From an uncultured Chromatiaceae bacterium (GTDB taxonomy: Bacteria; Pseudomonadota; Gammaproteobacteria; DRLM01), in contig CALZJG010000137.1 of the NCBI GenBank assembly GCA_945787555.1, positions 532 to 64,531 of the forward strand: a DNA stretch of 64,000 nt, given 5' to 3'. Made by a program: the position numbers and the translations under genes. Positions 1-10,670 of the stretch are shown one piece after another; position 1 is the first letter of the stretch; every line of letters begins with the position of its first letter. Under the pieces are notes generated by a model. That model searched no databases. It had not been told where the DNA came from and worked only from the letters and a program-made list of their open reading frames with translations.

Positions 1-635
1 TCGAAGCGGGGTCGGACGATGCCGGCCGTTTCCTGGCGGATGATCGACAAGATCCACTCCGGCCGGATGTCGATGCCTTTCTCGTCTTGGAGGCGCGCCA
101 CCGCCCGGTTCACTGCTGCCCCATAGCGCGCGAGGATTTTTCCGCAGTTGAGCAGGCGCCCCAAGTGAAGATTGTTCAAGTGAAAGAGCGCTTCCTCGAA
201 ATCACCACAAGTCACCTCACTTGAATCTATGGCGGAGAGTGCCTCGCGCACCATGGCCGTCAGGGTCGCCACATCCACCTTGACGTCTGCAATCGCCACA
301 ATGTTCTTGCGAGCGGAACGAAAGGTACAGGGATAACACAAGGCCTTGCGGGTGATGCCTTGTGCGAGACCATGTTCAAACTGGAACTGGGCTATGCCCC
401 GATTGGTGCCGCGGCCAAAATCACCATCGATGACAAAGCCACCGCTTGAGGCGGTAGAGTAACCGAGAAAGATCAACAGTCTTTGCAAAGCCGCGATGGT
501 TTCTTCTCCGGCCGAGGCGCGCGTCAAGCTCGCATCCCCACGGATCAAGCGCTGAAGATTGGCGCGCCAGACAGTGTCTGTGCCGTCTAGGGACAATACC
601 CGCTTGATACGTTGATCGCTCAGTTCCCTAATCAT
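1..635 (-). CDS. Peptidoglycan-binding domain protein; start codon present, 3' end truncated by the window edge
   Basis: ATG at 635-633 on the minus strand (reverse complement atgattagg = MIR...). The frame stays open to position 1. Translation MIRELSDQRIKRVLSLDGTDTVWRANLQRLIRGD...LQRLLIFLGYSTASSGGFVIDGDFGRGTNRGIAQFQFEHGL carries the PG_binding_1-type motif L..LGY...DG.FG..T..A...FQ. Absent from the ORF track because there is no stop inside the window. Confidence 0.45.
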   Translation of the reverse strand, partial: MIRELSDQRIKRVLSLDGTDTVWRANLQRLIRGDASLTRASAGEETIAALQRLLIFLGYSTASSGGFVIDGDFGRGTNRGIAQFQFEHGLAQGITRKALCYPCTFRSARKNIVAIADVKVDVATLTAMVREALSAIDSSEVTCGDFEEALFHLNNLHLGRLLNCGKILARYGAAVNRAVARLQDEKGIDIRPEWILSIIRQETAGIVRPRF

Positions 636-1076
636 GTTTGGTCCCTTTCCGTTCTTGGTACAGGTGTCGCGAAAGGCATGGTTCACTTACGCGGTGACGC
701 TGGCGACATGTCTATCGTTAAATACCCGGTGGCCCCTATCTGTTATCGTGTCGCCAGCCCGCCATAAAGAACTAGCGTCTTCGCCGTGAATACTCCCTTT
801 TATCCAGCTCCTAAGAGATTTGGCAGACCTAGGAGCTGTGGCGCGAACGGGGCGCTATTCTCAGGGGGCAATATCGTGAGACTGGTTAGTCAACGAAGGA
901 CAATGGTGGTTAACCGGACCTGGTTGACGACATTGAGCCACTTTCGTTTATCCCTTGTGCATTTTCCTTCATCTCAGAGTGAAATCTAAGCTAACCGGAG
1001 CCTGGCCCGACTCGCAACTGCTGAAATAAAGTCGAAGTTGAACGATAAGAATTTGCATGAGCGTTGTTTTCTTTTG

Positions 1077-1502
1077 TCAGCCACCTGGCGTGATCTTGGT
1101 TCCAGTGATACCGCTTCGTGGAGAAAGCGTCGTATCGAGTTCCTGATCGTATGTATCGGCATGTACATCCTCAAGGGAAAAGTGGGAGAGGATTTGATAG
1201 TCGCCGATATGAAGAATATCGCCGTCATGGAGTTCGGCGCGATAGCCACGCCCCACCGGCCGCGCATTGCTGTTCAGATAGACGCCATTGGCACTCGTGT
1301 CAAGAATGTAATAGTGCCCGTCACGGTGCTCGATGCGGGCATGCTGCTTTGAGATATAGCGGTTTCTATCCGGCAGTACTAAGTCGTTACTACGCGAACG
1401 CCCAATGCTGCAACCGTTCTCATATAGAACGAGTCGGCGTTTGCTGCCCAATAGGCGGTGGTGGTGCGTGAGTACATTCAGTGTGAGTGCCATCTTCATC
1501 AT
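1077..1502 (-). CDS. FHA (forkhead-associated) domain protein
   Basis: The 141-aa ORF contains LVLYENGCSIGRSRSNDLVLPD...ISKQHARIEHRDGHYYILDTSANGVYLN, which is the typical FHA core (G R.....D..L.D..vS..HA.I......y.l.D..S.NG). Confidence 0.6.
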   Translation of the reverse strand: MMKMALTLNVLTHHHRLLGSKRRLVLYENGCSIGRSRSNDLVLPDRNRYISKQHARIEHRDGHYYILDTSANGVYLNSNARPVGRGYRAELHDGDILHIGDYQILSHFSLEDVHADTYDQELDTTLSPRSGITGTKITPGG

Positions 1503-2018
1503 ACACCCCCTGGGCGGAGGAGATTTGCGAGGGTGACGATCACACGGATCGCCAGGACGAGTAGATCGCGCATGTCTCGAACAATATCACGCTTTTGATT
1601 CTCCGCAAGAGCGCGCGAACTGCGCTGTTTGCGCACCTATCTACGAATTTGCTACATCGATCTTTCTGGCTCCGTCGAAATACGCGAAGTTCATGCCGTA
1701 TACGATGCGCGAACCGGACATTTCAACTTGGGAGAAACCGGACATTGCTACTTGGGGCCTACAGCGATAGAAGGTGACATTTCTAACTGGGACAAAGACG
1801 ACATTACTAAATTGGACTAACAACTCAGTGCGCATAATGTATATTATGTAAAATATCGAGAGCATCTCCTTACCGTCGCTTGTTGTAGCTACCGCACGGA
1901 AACCCCGACTGCAGCCACAGCTGGCATCATTATGTGCATGATCCCAGGAGTGCCATAACCAGGAACAGCAGCACCAGAAACTGCAATGCGTTACGGCAAC
2001 AGCGCGATGGATAACAGG

Positions 2019-2297
2019 TCAATCAGCATCAGGGGCTGACTCCGACTCAGGCCAGGCGCGCCGGACAAAAGCGACCGCCGTTACTGCGGCCAGCAAGGCG
2101 AATACCAGCGCAACGTCGTGCAATGCCTCGCTGCCGGTTGCCTGTGCCAACAACAGCAATATAGCCACGGCAGTGGTACCGAATAACTGGGCGGCGAGCA
2201 TTCGGTCGGCGGCGCCAGGGCCATACATCACGCGCCACATACCGGCCGCCAGGTTTAGCAATAAGAAAAGCGCCAACGCGAGATACAGTGACTGCAT
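2019..2297 (-). CDS. mrpF: Monovalent cation/H+ antiporter subunit F-like (MrpF/MnhF family)
   Basis: 92-aa small hydrophobic protein, MQSLYLALALFLLLNLAAGMWRVMYGP..ADRMLAAQLFGTTAVAILLLLA, which matches the MnhF/PhaF pattern in size and sequence. It lies directly downstream of an MrpE-like gene. Confidence 0.5.
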   Translation of the reverse strand: MQSLYLALALFLLLNLAAGMWRVMYGPGAADRMLAAQLFGTTAVAILLLLAQATGSEALHDVALVFALLAAVTAVAFVRRAWPESESAPDAD

Positions 2298-2402
2298 ATT
2301 CTCAGGTCTTCCACAAGTCAGTCATTGGGTTTACTCCGGATGAGTTCAGCGGTCGGCGTGCAGATACCCGAACAACGCGGGCATGTATCCGTCCAGCCGC
2401 AC

Positions 2403-2891
2403 TCACGCAACTCTGCCCGGCTGCCGCAGGTCTGCCGCGAATATTCGTGCAACACTATCCTCGACAATCACGAGCTCCGTACGGTAATCCTGCCTGACAT
2501 CGAGCACATGCACCTTCAAGTTGTTCGCATCAAGCCGGGCACTCAGGGTGCCGGGCAGCAAGTTGACTGTGTTGCACATGAAAATACGCGACGGGCCCGG
2601 CGAAAGTCGCAGCGGATAGTCAACAAGATCCGGCGCAATGGGCATATCCGGGTGAAACACACGCCAGGCCACGTCCACGCCACCGCGCAGGGAATGTACA
2701 AGAAACAAAACCGCAAACTTCGCGAACTCGGACCAGATGAATGTAACTGGTGGCATGAGCTTCATGCTGGCAAGTACCGTCAGCAATACCGCCGGCGCAC
2801 CGATCCACCACGACGCCATGACACCGTCGGACAAAATCCACCAGATGAGTGAGTACAACAGCCCCCTCGATAACGCGGCCGACCATTTCAT
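2403..2891 (-). CDS. mrpE: Monovalent cation/H+ antiporter subunit E-like (MrpE/MnhE family)
   Basis: The C-terminal region LLPGTLSARLDANNLKVHVLDVRQDYRTELVIVEDSVARIF matches the conserved MrpE motif (L.PGTLS.d.....l.iH.lDv.....e). The track ORF runs on to 3080, but the internal Met at MKWSAALSRGLLYSLIWWIL gives a typical ~160-aa MrpE. No mrpABCD or mrpG is detectable nearby. Confidence 0.45.
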   Translation of the reverse strand: MKWSAALSRGLLYSLIWWILSDGVMASWWIGAPAVLLTVLASMKLMPPVTFIWSEFAKFAVLFLVHSLRGGVDVAWRVFHPDMPIAPDLVDYPLRLSPGPSRIFMCNTVNLLPGTLSARLDANNLKVHVLDVRQDYRTELVIVEDSVARIFAADLRQPGRVA

Positions 2892-3232
2892 TGTGTGTTC
2901 TTCTTTCCCAGTCGTATATTCAGAAGTATAGATACCGTTTTCGTTTGCAACCAATTTTTTACGCTTTTTGCTATCTGATGACAATAGCGCGCAGCTTCCG
3001 GCCATCGCTGCCAAGAGAATCTCTATTGCCCATAATAGACCGTACACCCATGTAAGAAGATTTCTCCAACGTTGAGGCACTCCGAGAAGCGCTCTATCGG
3101 TCTTGAGACAAGCACAATCAGCATTGGATTAGGCGCCGGCATAACTTCAAAACACCGGTGCAGGTCAGACAGGAGTGGCAGTCAGATTTGGCTGCTTAAT
3201 GGGTGTACGGTTAATTACGGGCAAGACAAACG

Positions 3233-3778
3233 TCATTTCGACCTGCACTGGTGAAAGCTCAGCGCCTTATTGGGGCAAACGGGGAGACAGCGGCCACAAC
3301 CGGTGCAGGCGTCTGCGTCCAGGTGCATACGCCGTCGCTGATCCAATGACAGCGCACCATGGTCGCAGTGCCCACGGCAGCTAATGCAAAACACATCGTT
3401 CCATGCCAGGCAAGATTGTATATCCAATTTTACCTGCCCAAGTTTGGGCGGGTTTCCTGCGTAATCTAACTTCATCGGGCAGGCGCTAGCGCAGTCACCA
3501 CAAAATGTGCAGCCTGATTCCGCGAAATTGAGATAAGGCCGGCCGGCAAGCAGGTGCCCGTCGGGATAGCGTTTGATGATCCGTGGTTCACAGGCGCTGA
3601 GACACGGGGCATCGCAGTCCTGACAGAGATCAGTATCAAGTTTGTCTTGATGCCAGGGTGGTGGTGGCCCCAAAGGCAGGTGCTTTTGTTTATCGCCTTC
3701 TCGCCCCACATGTGAAAAGTAGGTGCCACGCAAGAAAGCACGGCGGCTGGTATCGACATCATCCGTTGAGCGTGACAT
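3233..3778 (-). CDS. napF: Ferredoxin-type protein NapF (multi [4Fe-4S] cluster)
   Basis: 181 aa with an N-terminal SRRAFLRG motif and four CxxCxxCxxxCP-type ferredoxin motifs (CQDCDAPCLSACEP, CTFCGDCASACP, CISCRGHC, CTGCGRCLPVCP). It sits immediately downstream of napB. Confidence 0.6.
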   Translation of the reverse strand: MSRSTDDVDTSRRAFLRGTYFSHVGREGDKQKHLPLGPPPPWHQDKLDTDLCQDCDAPCLSACEPRIIKRYPDGHLLAGRPYLNFAESGCTFCGDCASACPMKLDYAGNPPKLGQVKLDIQSCLAWNDVFCISCRGHCDHGALSLDQRRRMHLDADACTGCGRCLPVCPNKALSFHQCRSK

Positions 3779-3788
3779 AGGGCGCTGA

Positions 3789-4253
3789 TCAGAATTTGTT
3801 CTTCACCAGCGGTAGTACGTCTGCCTGCGGTACATGACACTGAGTGCAGACATAACGCGAACCGACCAGCTTTTTCCCTGCCTTATCGGGTGAGTGACGC
3901 AGGTCGGTATAGTGGCTGATGGGAATCGGGGTAGGTTTACCCTGTAAGGGCTTACTCAGTTCTTCTGAGTTGCCATGACAACTCAGACAGAAGTTCAGCG
4001 CTGTGGTTATTGGTATAAACAATTCGATGTTGTGCGGGATCTGTGGCGGCGCGCCTGGATAGGCGCGTTGGTATACTGGATCATTGCCAGGCATCACCCC
4101 CTGATAATCGAAAGACTGGGGTGTGGGCACGTCAAAGACACTCTTTTTGCTCAGCCCTGTCTTACTGGCAACGATGCCCTCATCCGCCTGGGCAATACTC
4201 ATCAGCGCTGCCAGGCCGGCAATCAGCGCTGTTTTTATGACTATATTTTTCAT
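3789..4253 (-). CDS. napB: Periplasmic nitrate reductase diheme cytochrome c subunit NapB
   Basis: 154 aa with a signal peptide (MKNIVIKTALIAGLAALMSIAQA) and two CxxCH heme-binding motifs (CLSCH, CTQCH). It is 10 bp downstream of napA. Confidence 0.8.
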   Translation of the reverse strand: MKNIVIKTALIAGLAALMSIAQADEGIVASKTGLSKKSVFDVPTPQSFDYQGVMPGNDPVYQRAYPGAPPQIPHNIELFIPITTALNFCLSCHGNSEELSKPLQGKPTPIPISHYTDLRHSPDKAGKKLVGSRYVCTQCHVPQADVLPLVKNKF

Positions 4254-4263
4254 GCTCCTCTCC

Positions 4264-7029
4264 TCAAGCCTTGTATACCTTGACCGCGCACTTCTTGAAG
4301 TCGGTCTGTTTCGAGATTGGACAGGTGGTATCCAAGGTCAGTTTGTTGATGAACACCCCTTCGTCGAACCAAGGCACGAAGACAGTGCCACGTGGCATAC
4401 GATTGCGACTGCCGTGAGTCTCCACTAATGCTTTGATCTTGCCGCGGCGTGATTCTATCCAGGCCACGTCCTTGCGCCTGATGCCGGATGTCTCAGCATC
4501 GCGTGGGTGCATGTACAACATCGCGGTGGGCACAGCACGATGCAGCTCCGGCACACGGCGGGTCATTGTGCCGCTGTGCCAGTGTTCCAGTACCCGGCCG
4601 GTGCACAGCCACAAATTGTAGTTGTCATCCGGTTGTTCCACCGGCGCGGCATAAGGTCGGAAAAAGATCTTGGCCTTGCCGGCAAGATTGACCTTTTCCT
4701 GGTCGGTGACGCCGTCAAGGTCTCCGCTGGGAATAGACTTCAATGCCGGCCCATAAAAATCGAAACCGCTGCCCTTTGCGACATAGGGGTCATAGGCCTC
4801 GTTGAAACGCCATTTGGTCTCCCTGCCCTCCACTACTGGCCAGCGCAGGCCGCGCACGTCGTCGTGCATGTAGAGATCGAAGGGTGCTAGGTCATGGGCA
4901 TGGCCGCGGCCGAAACGGGCGTATTCTTCAAACAACGCCTTCTCAACAAACCAGCCGTCGCCGAGATGAGCGACCGTATGGTTGTCATGCCCTTTGGCGA
5001 TGTGGTCTGGCCACTTGAACTTCATATTTTCAGCCGTGGCGAATAGCACATCGTACAAGGTGCTAGCGGGTGAATATCCCATCGCGGTGGCGGCGTCGAG
5101 CACATCGGGCAACGCATCGGAGGGAAACTCCTCATCCTTGAGACCAGGAATGGACTGCTCGCCCCACACCTCTTTCAGCGTGAAGCGTTTGGAGAATTCC
5201 AAGACCTGCCAGACATCGCTGCGAGCCTGACCGGGCGGCGGCACTTGCTCGCGCCACAACTGGGTGCGGCGCTCGGCGTTGCCGTAGCCGCCCCACTTTT
5301 CGAAGATCATCGCCGCGGGCAGCACCAGGTCGGCCACCTTCGTGGAGATGCCGGGATAAGCGTCGGCAACGACGATAAAATTGTCCATCTCGCGCGCCGC
5401 CTTGATCCAGTGATTGGCATTGGCCGTGCCCTGGAAGGGATTACAGACCTGCACCCAAAGCCACTTCACGGTGCCGTCTTCCAGATCGCGCATGATCTTG
5501 GTGATGTGACTGCCGACTTTAGGGTTGAGGGTTTTACTGGGCAGCTTCCAGATCTCCTCGGCAACGGCGCGATGTTTGGCATTATTGACCACCATGTCGG
5601 CCGGAAGACGATGAGAGAAGGTGCCCACTTCGCGGGCGGTGCCGCAGGCCGAAGGCTGTCCGGTGAGCGAAAATGCGCCATTACCAGGGTTGGCCTGTTT
5701 GCCCAACAACAGGTGATTCATGTAGGCCTGTTCGTTGACCCAGGTGCCGCGTTGGTGCTGGTTGAAGCCCATGGTCCAGAAAGACACGACTTTGCGCTGC
5801 GCCTCAATGTATAAGTCGGCCAGTTGTTGCAGTTTCAGCTTGAACTGGCCCAGCGTTTCATCCGCATCACCCTTGGCCAATTCGGCGACGTAATCCAGGG
5901 TGTAAGGTTCAACCGCCTGTTTGAAGTGTTCGAACTTAATTAACCAATGCTTATTCGCTGACTTGCTATTGTCCTGGGCTACACGCTCTCCCGGCTTGCG
6001 TCGCTGGGCGACGGCCTCGGCGTCATCCAAGCGGACATGGTTTTGTTTGGCTTGGATGTCCTTTTCAGCGTCAAAGGCGTATGTGTCGTTGTCACGCATA
6101 CCGTAACCGATGTCGTAGGGGCCGGTAGCGAAAGCACAATGTTTGTTGACGAAATCCCAGTTGACGGCATCACGCTTGATAATCTCGCGGGCAATGTAGT
6201 TCTGTATTGCCAGGTCGGTCTGCGGCTTGAAGATGATTTCCAGGTCGGCAAGGTCAGACGACATGTTGCTATAGGTGCTGAGGTTGACGATGCGCGCCTT
6301 GTCATTCGACAAACGCCGATCGGCAATGCGTCCCCAAAGAATCGGGTGCATCTCCGCCATGTTGGCGCCCCACAGCACCATGGTGTCGGTCTCCTCGATA
6401 TCGTCGTAATTACCCGCTGGTTCGTCGACGCCGAAGGTTTGCATAAAACCGGCTACCGCCGAGGCCATGCAATGGCGCGCATTGGGGTCGATATTGTTGC
6501 TGCGAAAACCGGCCTTCATCAGTTTGGTAGCCGCATAACCTTCCTGAATGGTGTACTGGCCCGAGCCCATCACCGCCACGCCGGTGGGACCCAGATCGGC
6601 ATAAGTTTTCTTGAATTGTTTCTCCATCTCGTCGAAGGCCCGCTCCCAGGTGACCGGCACGAAGTCTCCTTGTTTATCGAACCGTCCATTCTTCATACGC
6701 AGTAGCGGCTCGGTCAGACGGTCTTCGCCGTAGAGTATCTTGCCGTTGAAATAACCCTTGATACAGTTGAGACCCCGATTGACGGGGGAATCGGGATCGC
6801 CTTTGGTGGCGACGATGCGACCATCTTTGGTGGCAATTTGAATGCCGCAGCCAACACCGCAGAAACGGCACACGCCCTTATCCCAGCGCCAGCCTTCATC
6901 GACCTTCAGCGCTGCCGTGTGGCCTTCGCGACTCAAGGGAATACCCACGCTGGTCGCGGCGACGGCGGCAATACTGGTTTTCAACAAGTCTCGGCGGGTG
7001 ATGCTCATGGGGTGACTCCCTTCAATCAA
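4264..7029 (-). CDS. napA: Periplasmic nitrate reductase catalytic subunit NapA (molybdopterin oxidoreductase)
   Basis: 921 aa with a twin-arginine signal ([21 protein letters not shown]), the N-terminal 4Fe-4S motif [10 protein letters not shown], and strong molybdopterin-oxidoreductase architecture throughout. The true start is probably the internal Met [10 protein letters not shown] at 7008. Confidence 0.93.
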   Translation of the reverse strand: MIEGSHPMSITRRDLLKTSIAAVAATSVGIPLSREGHTAALKVDEGWRWDKGVCRFCGVGCGIQIATKDGRIVATKGDPDSPVNRGLNCIKGYFNGKILYGEDRLTEPLLRMKNGRFDKQGDFVPVTWERAFDEMEKQFKKTYADLGPTGVAVMGSGQYTIQEGYAATKLMKAGFRSNNIDPNARHCMASAVAGFMQTFGVDEPAGNYDDIEETDTMVLWGANMAEMHPILWGRIADRRLSNDKARIVNLSTYSNMSSDLADLEIIFKPQTDLAIQNYIAREIIKRDAVNWDFVNKHCAFATGPYDIGYGMRDNDTYAFDAEKDIQAKQNHVRLDDAEAVAQRRKPGERVAQDNSKSANKHWLIKFEHFKQAVEPYTLDYVAELAKGDADETLGQFKLKLQQLADLYIEAQRKVVSFWTMGFNQHQRGTWVNEQAYMNHLLLGKQANPGNGAFSLTGQPSACGTAREVGTFSHRLPADMVVNNAKHRAVAEEIWKLPSKTLNPKVGSHITKIMRDLEDGTVKWLWVQVCNPFQGTANANHWIKAAREMDNFIVVADAYPGISTKVADLVLPAAMIFEKWGGYGNAERRTQLWREQVPPPGQARSDVWQVLEFSKRFTLKEVWGEQSIPGLKDEEFPSDALPDVLDAATAMGYSPASTLYDVLFATAENMKFKWPDHIAKGHDNHTVAHLGDGWFVEKALFEEYARFGRGHAHDLAPFDLYMHDDVRGLRWPVVEGRETKWRFNEAYDPYVAKGSGFDFYGPALKSIPSGDLDGVTDQEKVNLAGKAKIFFRPYAAPVEQPDDNYNLWLCTGRVLEHWHSGTMTRRVPELHRAVPTAMLYMHPRDAETSGIRRKDVAWIESRRGKIKALVETHGSRNRMPRGTVFVPWFDEGVFINKLTLDTTCPISKQTDFKKCAVKVYKA

Positions 7030-7163
7030 CTATGTCTCTGTGAGCTGCGTGGCCATAAATATACGAGAGCATCGACGTGCTGTACTTCGATGGGATTTTC
7101 CAAGAATTCTGCTAGCTCTCCAGGCCCTTGATATCTATCAAGATCAGCGGGGGCGCGGACTTC

Positions 7164-7406
7164 CTATGCCTCATCCTGTTCAAAATAATGGTAGATCATT
7201 TCAGCCATCGCCACGCCATGCAGCGATTTAATGTGCTTCAAGCCCTCGATCTCGACATCGATCGATTCGGCCTCCTGGGTAACTATGATCTTGCCTGTCG
7301 CGGGATCAGAATGATGAACGGTGATTCCAGGGAGGTCGCCGAGCAGGATCATGCACGCGTTCACCTCGGCGGGTGCCGTGATGACGAGTATGGCGGATAA
7401 ATTCAT
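7164..7406 (-). CDS. napD: NapD, NapA signal-peptide-binding chaperone
   Basis: 80-aa ORF immediately upstream of napA. MNLSAILVITAPAEVNACMILLGDLPGITVHHSD..GKIIVTQEAES fits the NapD/TorD-like small chaperone in size, position and sequence. Confidence 0.65.
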   Translation of the reverse strand: MNLSAILVITAPAEVNACMILLGDLPGITVHHSDPATGKIIVTQEAESIDVEIEGLKHIKSLHGVAMAEMIYHYFEQDEA

Positions 7407-7607
7407 GATTCACAGATCCGGCATCGTAGAGATAAATTTCATGATTCGTTTCACTATCTCATACAATTTTCAAGGCTAATTCAGCTTAACACTAATCCGC
7501 GAGAGTATCGCCCACCTTTATGACCGCGTAGTTGCCAAAAACTAGAACGCAGCCACGATGCCGCGTGTTTGACGGCGTAGGCGACCTCAGTTTTATGATT
7601 GTAGCCT

Positions 7608-8094
7608 ATGCCACCCCGCTTCCCAGCCCTCCAGTATCTTCTCCTGATCTTTGCAGGTTGGGTCAACCGATATCCGCTCGATCTCAAAGAAGAAAACCGC
7701 ATTGTGCGTGAGAGGGGCGGTAAGCAACGCCTGCGTTACTTTACTCCTCGACCGAGACGCAAAATCCTCACAGCCTTTTCGCGCGCTGCTCAAGCGCGAA
7801 GGGACCGACATCATCCGTCTGCCACCGCGGTCACCCAATCTCATTGCCTACGCAGAGCGCTTCGTTCGCTCCATCAAAGCGGAATGTATTGAGAAGATGA
7901 TCTTCGTCGGTGGCGCGTCGCTGCGCCATGCCCTCCGTGAATTCATGTGTCATTATCACGCCGAGAGAAATCACCAGGGGCTCGAGAATTGTTTGCTCGC
8001 ACCCTGCAACGTCATTTCGTTCCACGACATACCGATTTGTCGCCGTGATCGTCTTGGCGGGCAGTTGAGATATTACTATCGGAAAGCGGCCTAA
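7608..8094 (+). pseudogene. DDE transposase (rve/integrase-core family), C-terminal fragment with a frameshift
   Basis: Frame 7651-8094 reads ...LLLDRDAKSSQPFRALLKREGTDIIRLPPRSPNLIAYAERFVRSIKAECIEKMIFVGGASLRHALREFMCHYHAERNHQGLEN, the conserved C-terminal half of an integrase-core transposase. The N-terminal half, including the first catalytic Asp, is missing. An overlapping ORF starting at 7608 in another frame marks a frameshift. Confidence 0.6.
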
Positions 8095-8488
8095 GTCTGA
8101 ACGACTGAGTTTTTGGACCATACGGGTTTCTAGCCCAAACCGTAACTTTTTGCACGGAATGCACGCTACCCCCAGAATGGCTCAATGACTTCGCAAAGCG
8201 CCTTCCACGGAATAAGCTTGTCCATCTCACCAAGAAAGATTTTTCGGCGGGTTGGCTTGCGATAGTGTTCAACGGCTTCATCGGCAATGGTCTGTTGGCG
8301 CATTCGGTAGTTCACAATCATTTTCAACAACCTAAACAGGAGGTCAAAACCACCGCAGTCGAGTCGATTTATCCACAGCCGCGTAGTACGCTACCCCGCC
8401 AAACGCCTGATCAATTTTCCATCGGCGCCGACCCCTACTACGAATTTGTCATTCACAGGGCGCAGGCAAGTCGTTTACTGCGAGTGAA

Positions 8489-9715
8489 TTACTGCCAGCG
8501 CACACCGGGATAGCGGCCATGTTTGAGCCTTGCGAGGCTCTCACGCATGATCTTCCGCCCCCATTTGAATTCCTTGTAGAGACAGACGAAGCGCCACATA
8601 TCACGCAGTACCTTGATACGGTCTTTCATTGGCAGTGCCATCAAGGCCGCCGGGAAATCGGCCTCATGTGGTCGACCAAAGGCGATCTTCAGAGGATTCC
8701 ACTGGTCGGTAGTGCGTCTGACCTCGGTTGAAATCATGTCTCGATAGAGCGGTTTCAGATCACGCTTGTGAATAGTTGCTTCGCTAATTGCCTCGCCAGC
8801 GATTGCACCGGAGTGCAATGCACAGCTCATCCCTTCGCCAATCATATTGAGAAAGCCGGAGGCCTGACCGGTGATCAGTACGTTGCCTTTGCCAAAGACG
8901 TAGCGGTTGATCAGGGATGGCCCAAAATTTTCGGCGCAGCCTTCATGGTCGACGTCGGCAGGCTTGAGTCTAACGCCATGCTTGTCTTGTAGATAGTTGA
9001 CGACATGTTGGTGGCGACCATGAAAATTGTCGCCGCGTTTGAAGCCGACTCCGACAATCTGTCTGCCGTCACGTGCATGACTCCAAGTATAGTGGCCAAG
9101 TTCCGGGTGGAACCAGAAGTGGAAGTACGCTTCATCTAATGGGCAGTCGATGATTTCGTGAAATTTCTGTCCAACAAAGAACCACGGAATCTGTTGTGGA
9201 TAATCGGGATAGACTGCACGTAGCACTGGCGAACTGGGGCCGTCGGCTCCGATCACATAACGGCTCTTAAAGTAGACCTCGTCGCCGCCCTTCTTGCGGG
9301 TGGTAACAGTTTGGTGGTCTCCCTGTTGTTTCATGCCAATAAACGAGGTCTGATCAAACACTTCGGCACCGCTTGCCTGAATTGCCCAGTAGTCAGAGTA
9401 CCTGCGATGCAGGTGTGGTGTGGTGCCGCCGAAGAAATCCATCGACATTGAGACCATTGATGGAAAGTGAAAGGTGACGCCGCGACATGACGTTGGATCG
9501 TGCAGCGCCTGTGGCGGGATCGGGCCGAAGTTTTCCAGCAGAAAACGATGGCCGCGAGGAGACAGAATGCCGCTGCAAACCTTGTGGCGCGGCAATTCAC
9601 GTTTTTCGATAATCAACGTTTCTAAGCCGGCATCGTGCAGTCGTTTGGCCGCAGCGGCGGCGGCAAGGCTTGCACCTACGATGATGACATCAACGCTGCG
9701 AGTCTCATTCGACAT
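8489..9715 (-). CDS. FAD-dependent oxidoreductase, geranylgeranyl-reductase-like family
   Basis: The N-terminus has a Rossmann dinucleotide-binding motif (VDVIIVGASLAAAAAAKRLHDAGLETLIIEK), and later GQASGFLNMIGEGM resembles the FAD-contacting GD/GxG motif of the geranylgeranyl reductase / FixC family. It is the last gene of a three-gene minus-strand operon. Confidence 0.6.
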   Translation of the reverse strand: MSNETRSVDVIIVGASLAAAAAAKRLHDAGLETLIIEKRELPRHKVCSGILSPRGHRFLLENFGPIPPQALHDPTSCRGVTFHFPSMVSMSMDFFGGTTPHLHRRYSDYWAIQASGAEVFDQTSFIGMKQQGDHQTVTTRKKGGDEVYFKSRYVIGADGPSSPVLRAVYPDYPQQIPWFFVGQKFHEIIDCPLDEAYFHFWFHPELGHYTWSHARDGRQIVGVGFKRGDNFHGRHQHVVNYLQDKHGVRLKPADVDHEGCAENFGPSLINRYVFGKGNVLITGQASGFLNMIGEGMSCALHSGAIAGEAISEATIHKRDLKPLYRDMISTEVRRTTDQWNPLKIAFGRPHEADFPAALMALPMKDRIKVLRDMWRFVCLYKEFKWGRKIMRESLARLKHGRYPGVRWQ

Positions 9716-9719
9716 CTCT

Positions 9720-10670
9720 TCAGGCCTCCATTAAGTCGGCGATGTGAAGTACCGGCAATTCGCTGACTTGTGACATCGCTCGGCGGTCTTCGGCGCACTC
9801 GGCAACAATGCGTTGTACATTACGCCCACTGAGTATCCAGCGCACTTGTTCAGCGCTGTCAAGTTGCGGCTCAAATGCATTGAGGCCGCCAGCTGCAGTA
9901 GGGATGGCATTGCATTGTAGGTCAAGATTGATATGGCAGCCGCGTTCGTGACGCAGCTGGCTGTAGTGCCTGACCTTTTTCTTGTGATCGAGATGGTAGG
10001 CGCGGGCCTCGATCAGGTAGAGGTCGTTCTTATTTAGTTTACTGGTGAGTGTATTCAGTTGGCTGAGGCTATGGCCAATGGTGAAGAGCTCGGTCGCTGG
10101 CAGCCAGTGGCGCAGCTGTTTCAGCAAATGAACATTGCTGACGTAGAGCCGCTTTACCTTTTGTAGCGGCTCCAGAAAGGCATGCAGCCGATGGTCGGAG
10201 ATCTCGATTCCCGCCTCAAGCGCGAGCGCGATATCATCACCATCATCGATGGCGAGTGCTGCGCTTGTCTCGCAGGAGAGCAGTGTCAGCACCTTATTGA
10301 GGGTGGCTGGCGTTGATCGCAGCGCTTCGCCGGCGAGCACTATGGTGTTCTCCTCTATTCTAATATCAGACGTTGCTTGTGCTAAATGCGCCTTGACAGC
10401 TTCCTTAAGCGTGGCGTTGGAACTCTGAAGAAGAGCCTCTTTTCTAAGTGCGCTAATCATGCCGGTGATGTCAATCTCCTCTGGACAGAGGACATCGCAG
10501 GCGCCACACAGCAGGCAGCTGAAGAGTGCCGGGGCGATCTCGTCATGCGTTGCGTTGTGCTGCAGTGCCTTGGCAATCCCCTGCGGGCTGAACTGCACAT
10601 CGCGCCGCTGTTGCCACATCGGGCAGGAAAGAAGGCAGAGACTACAGCCGTGGCAGTTTGAGTGCGGCAT
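9720..10670 (-). CDS. Iron-sulfur cluster-binding protein with a GlcF/heterodisulfide-reductase-like N-terminus
   Basis: Two ferredoxin-like motifs, CHGCSLCLLSCPMW and CLLCGACDVLCPEE, lie in the first 70 aa. The remainder lacks canonical CCG domains. The gene is adjacent to an FAD-linked oxidase with a 1-bp gap, suggesting translational coupling. Confidence 0.5.
   Translation of the reverse strand: MPHSNCHGCSLCLLSCPMWQQRRDVQFSPQGIAKALQHNATHDEIAPALFSCLLCGACDVLCPEEIDITGMISALRKEALLQSSNATLKEAVKAHLAQATSDIRIEENTIVLAGEALRSTPATLNKVLTLLSCETSAALAIDDGDDIALALEAGIEISDHRLHAFLEPLQKVKRLYVSNVHLLKQLRHWLPATELFTIGHSLSQLNTLTSKLNKNDLYLIEARAYHLDHKKKVRHYSQLRHERGCHINLDLQCNAIPTAAGGLNAFEPQLDSAEQVRWILSGRNVQRIVAECAEDRRAMSQVSELPVLHIADLMEA

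Noticed and set aside
1503-2018. Search for an mrpG gene downstream of mrpF
   Set aside because: No ORF of suitable size or sequence exists. Short frames there (e.g. ...GTPGIMHIMMPAVAAVGVSVR) do not match the MrpG pattern convincingly.
5245-6705. + strand ORFs of 189 and 222 aa inside napA
   Set aside because: They are antisense to an unambiguous, highly conserved napA reading frame and have no recognisable motifs.
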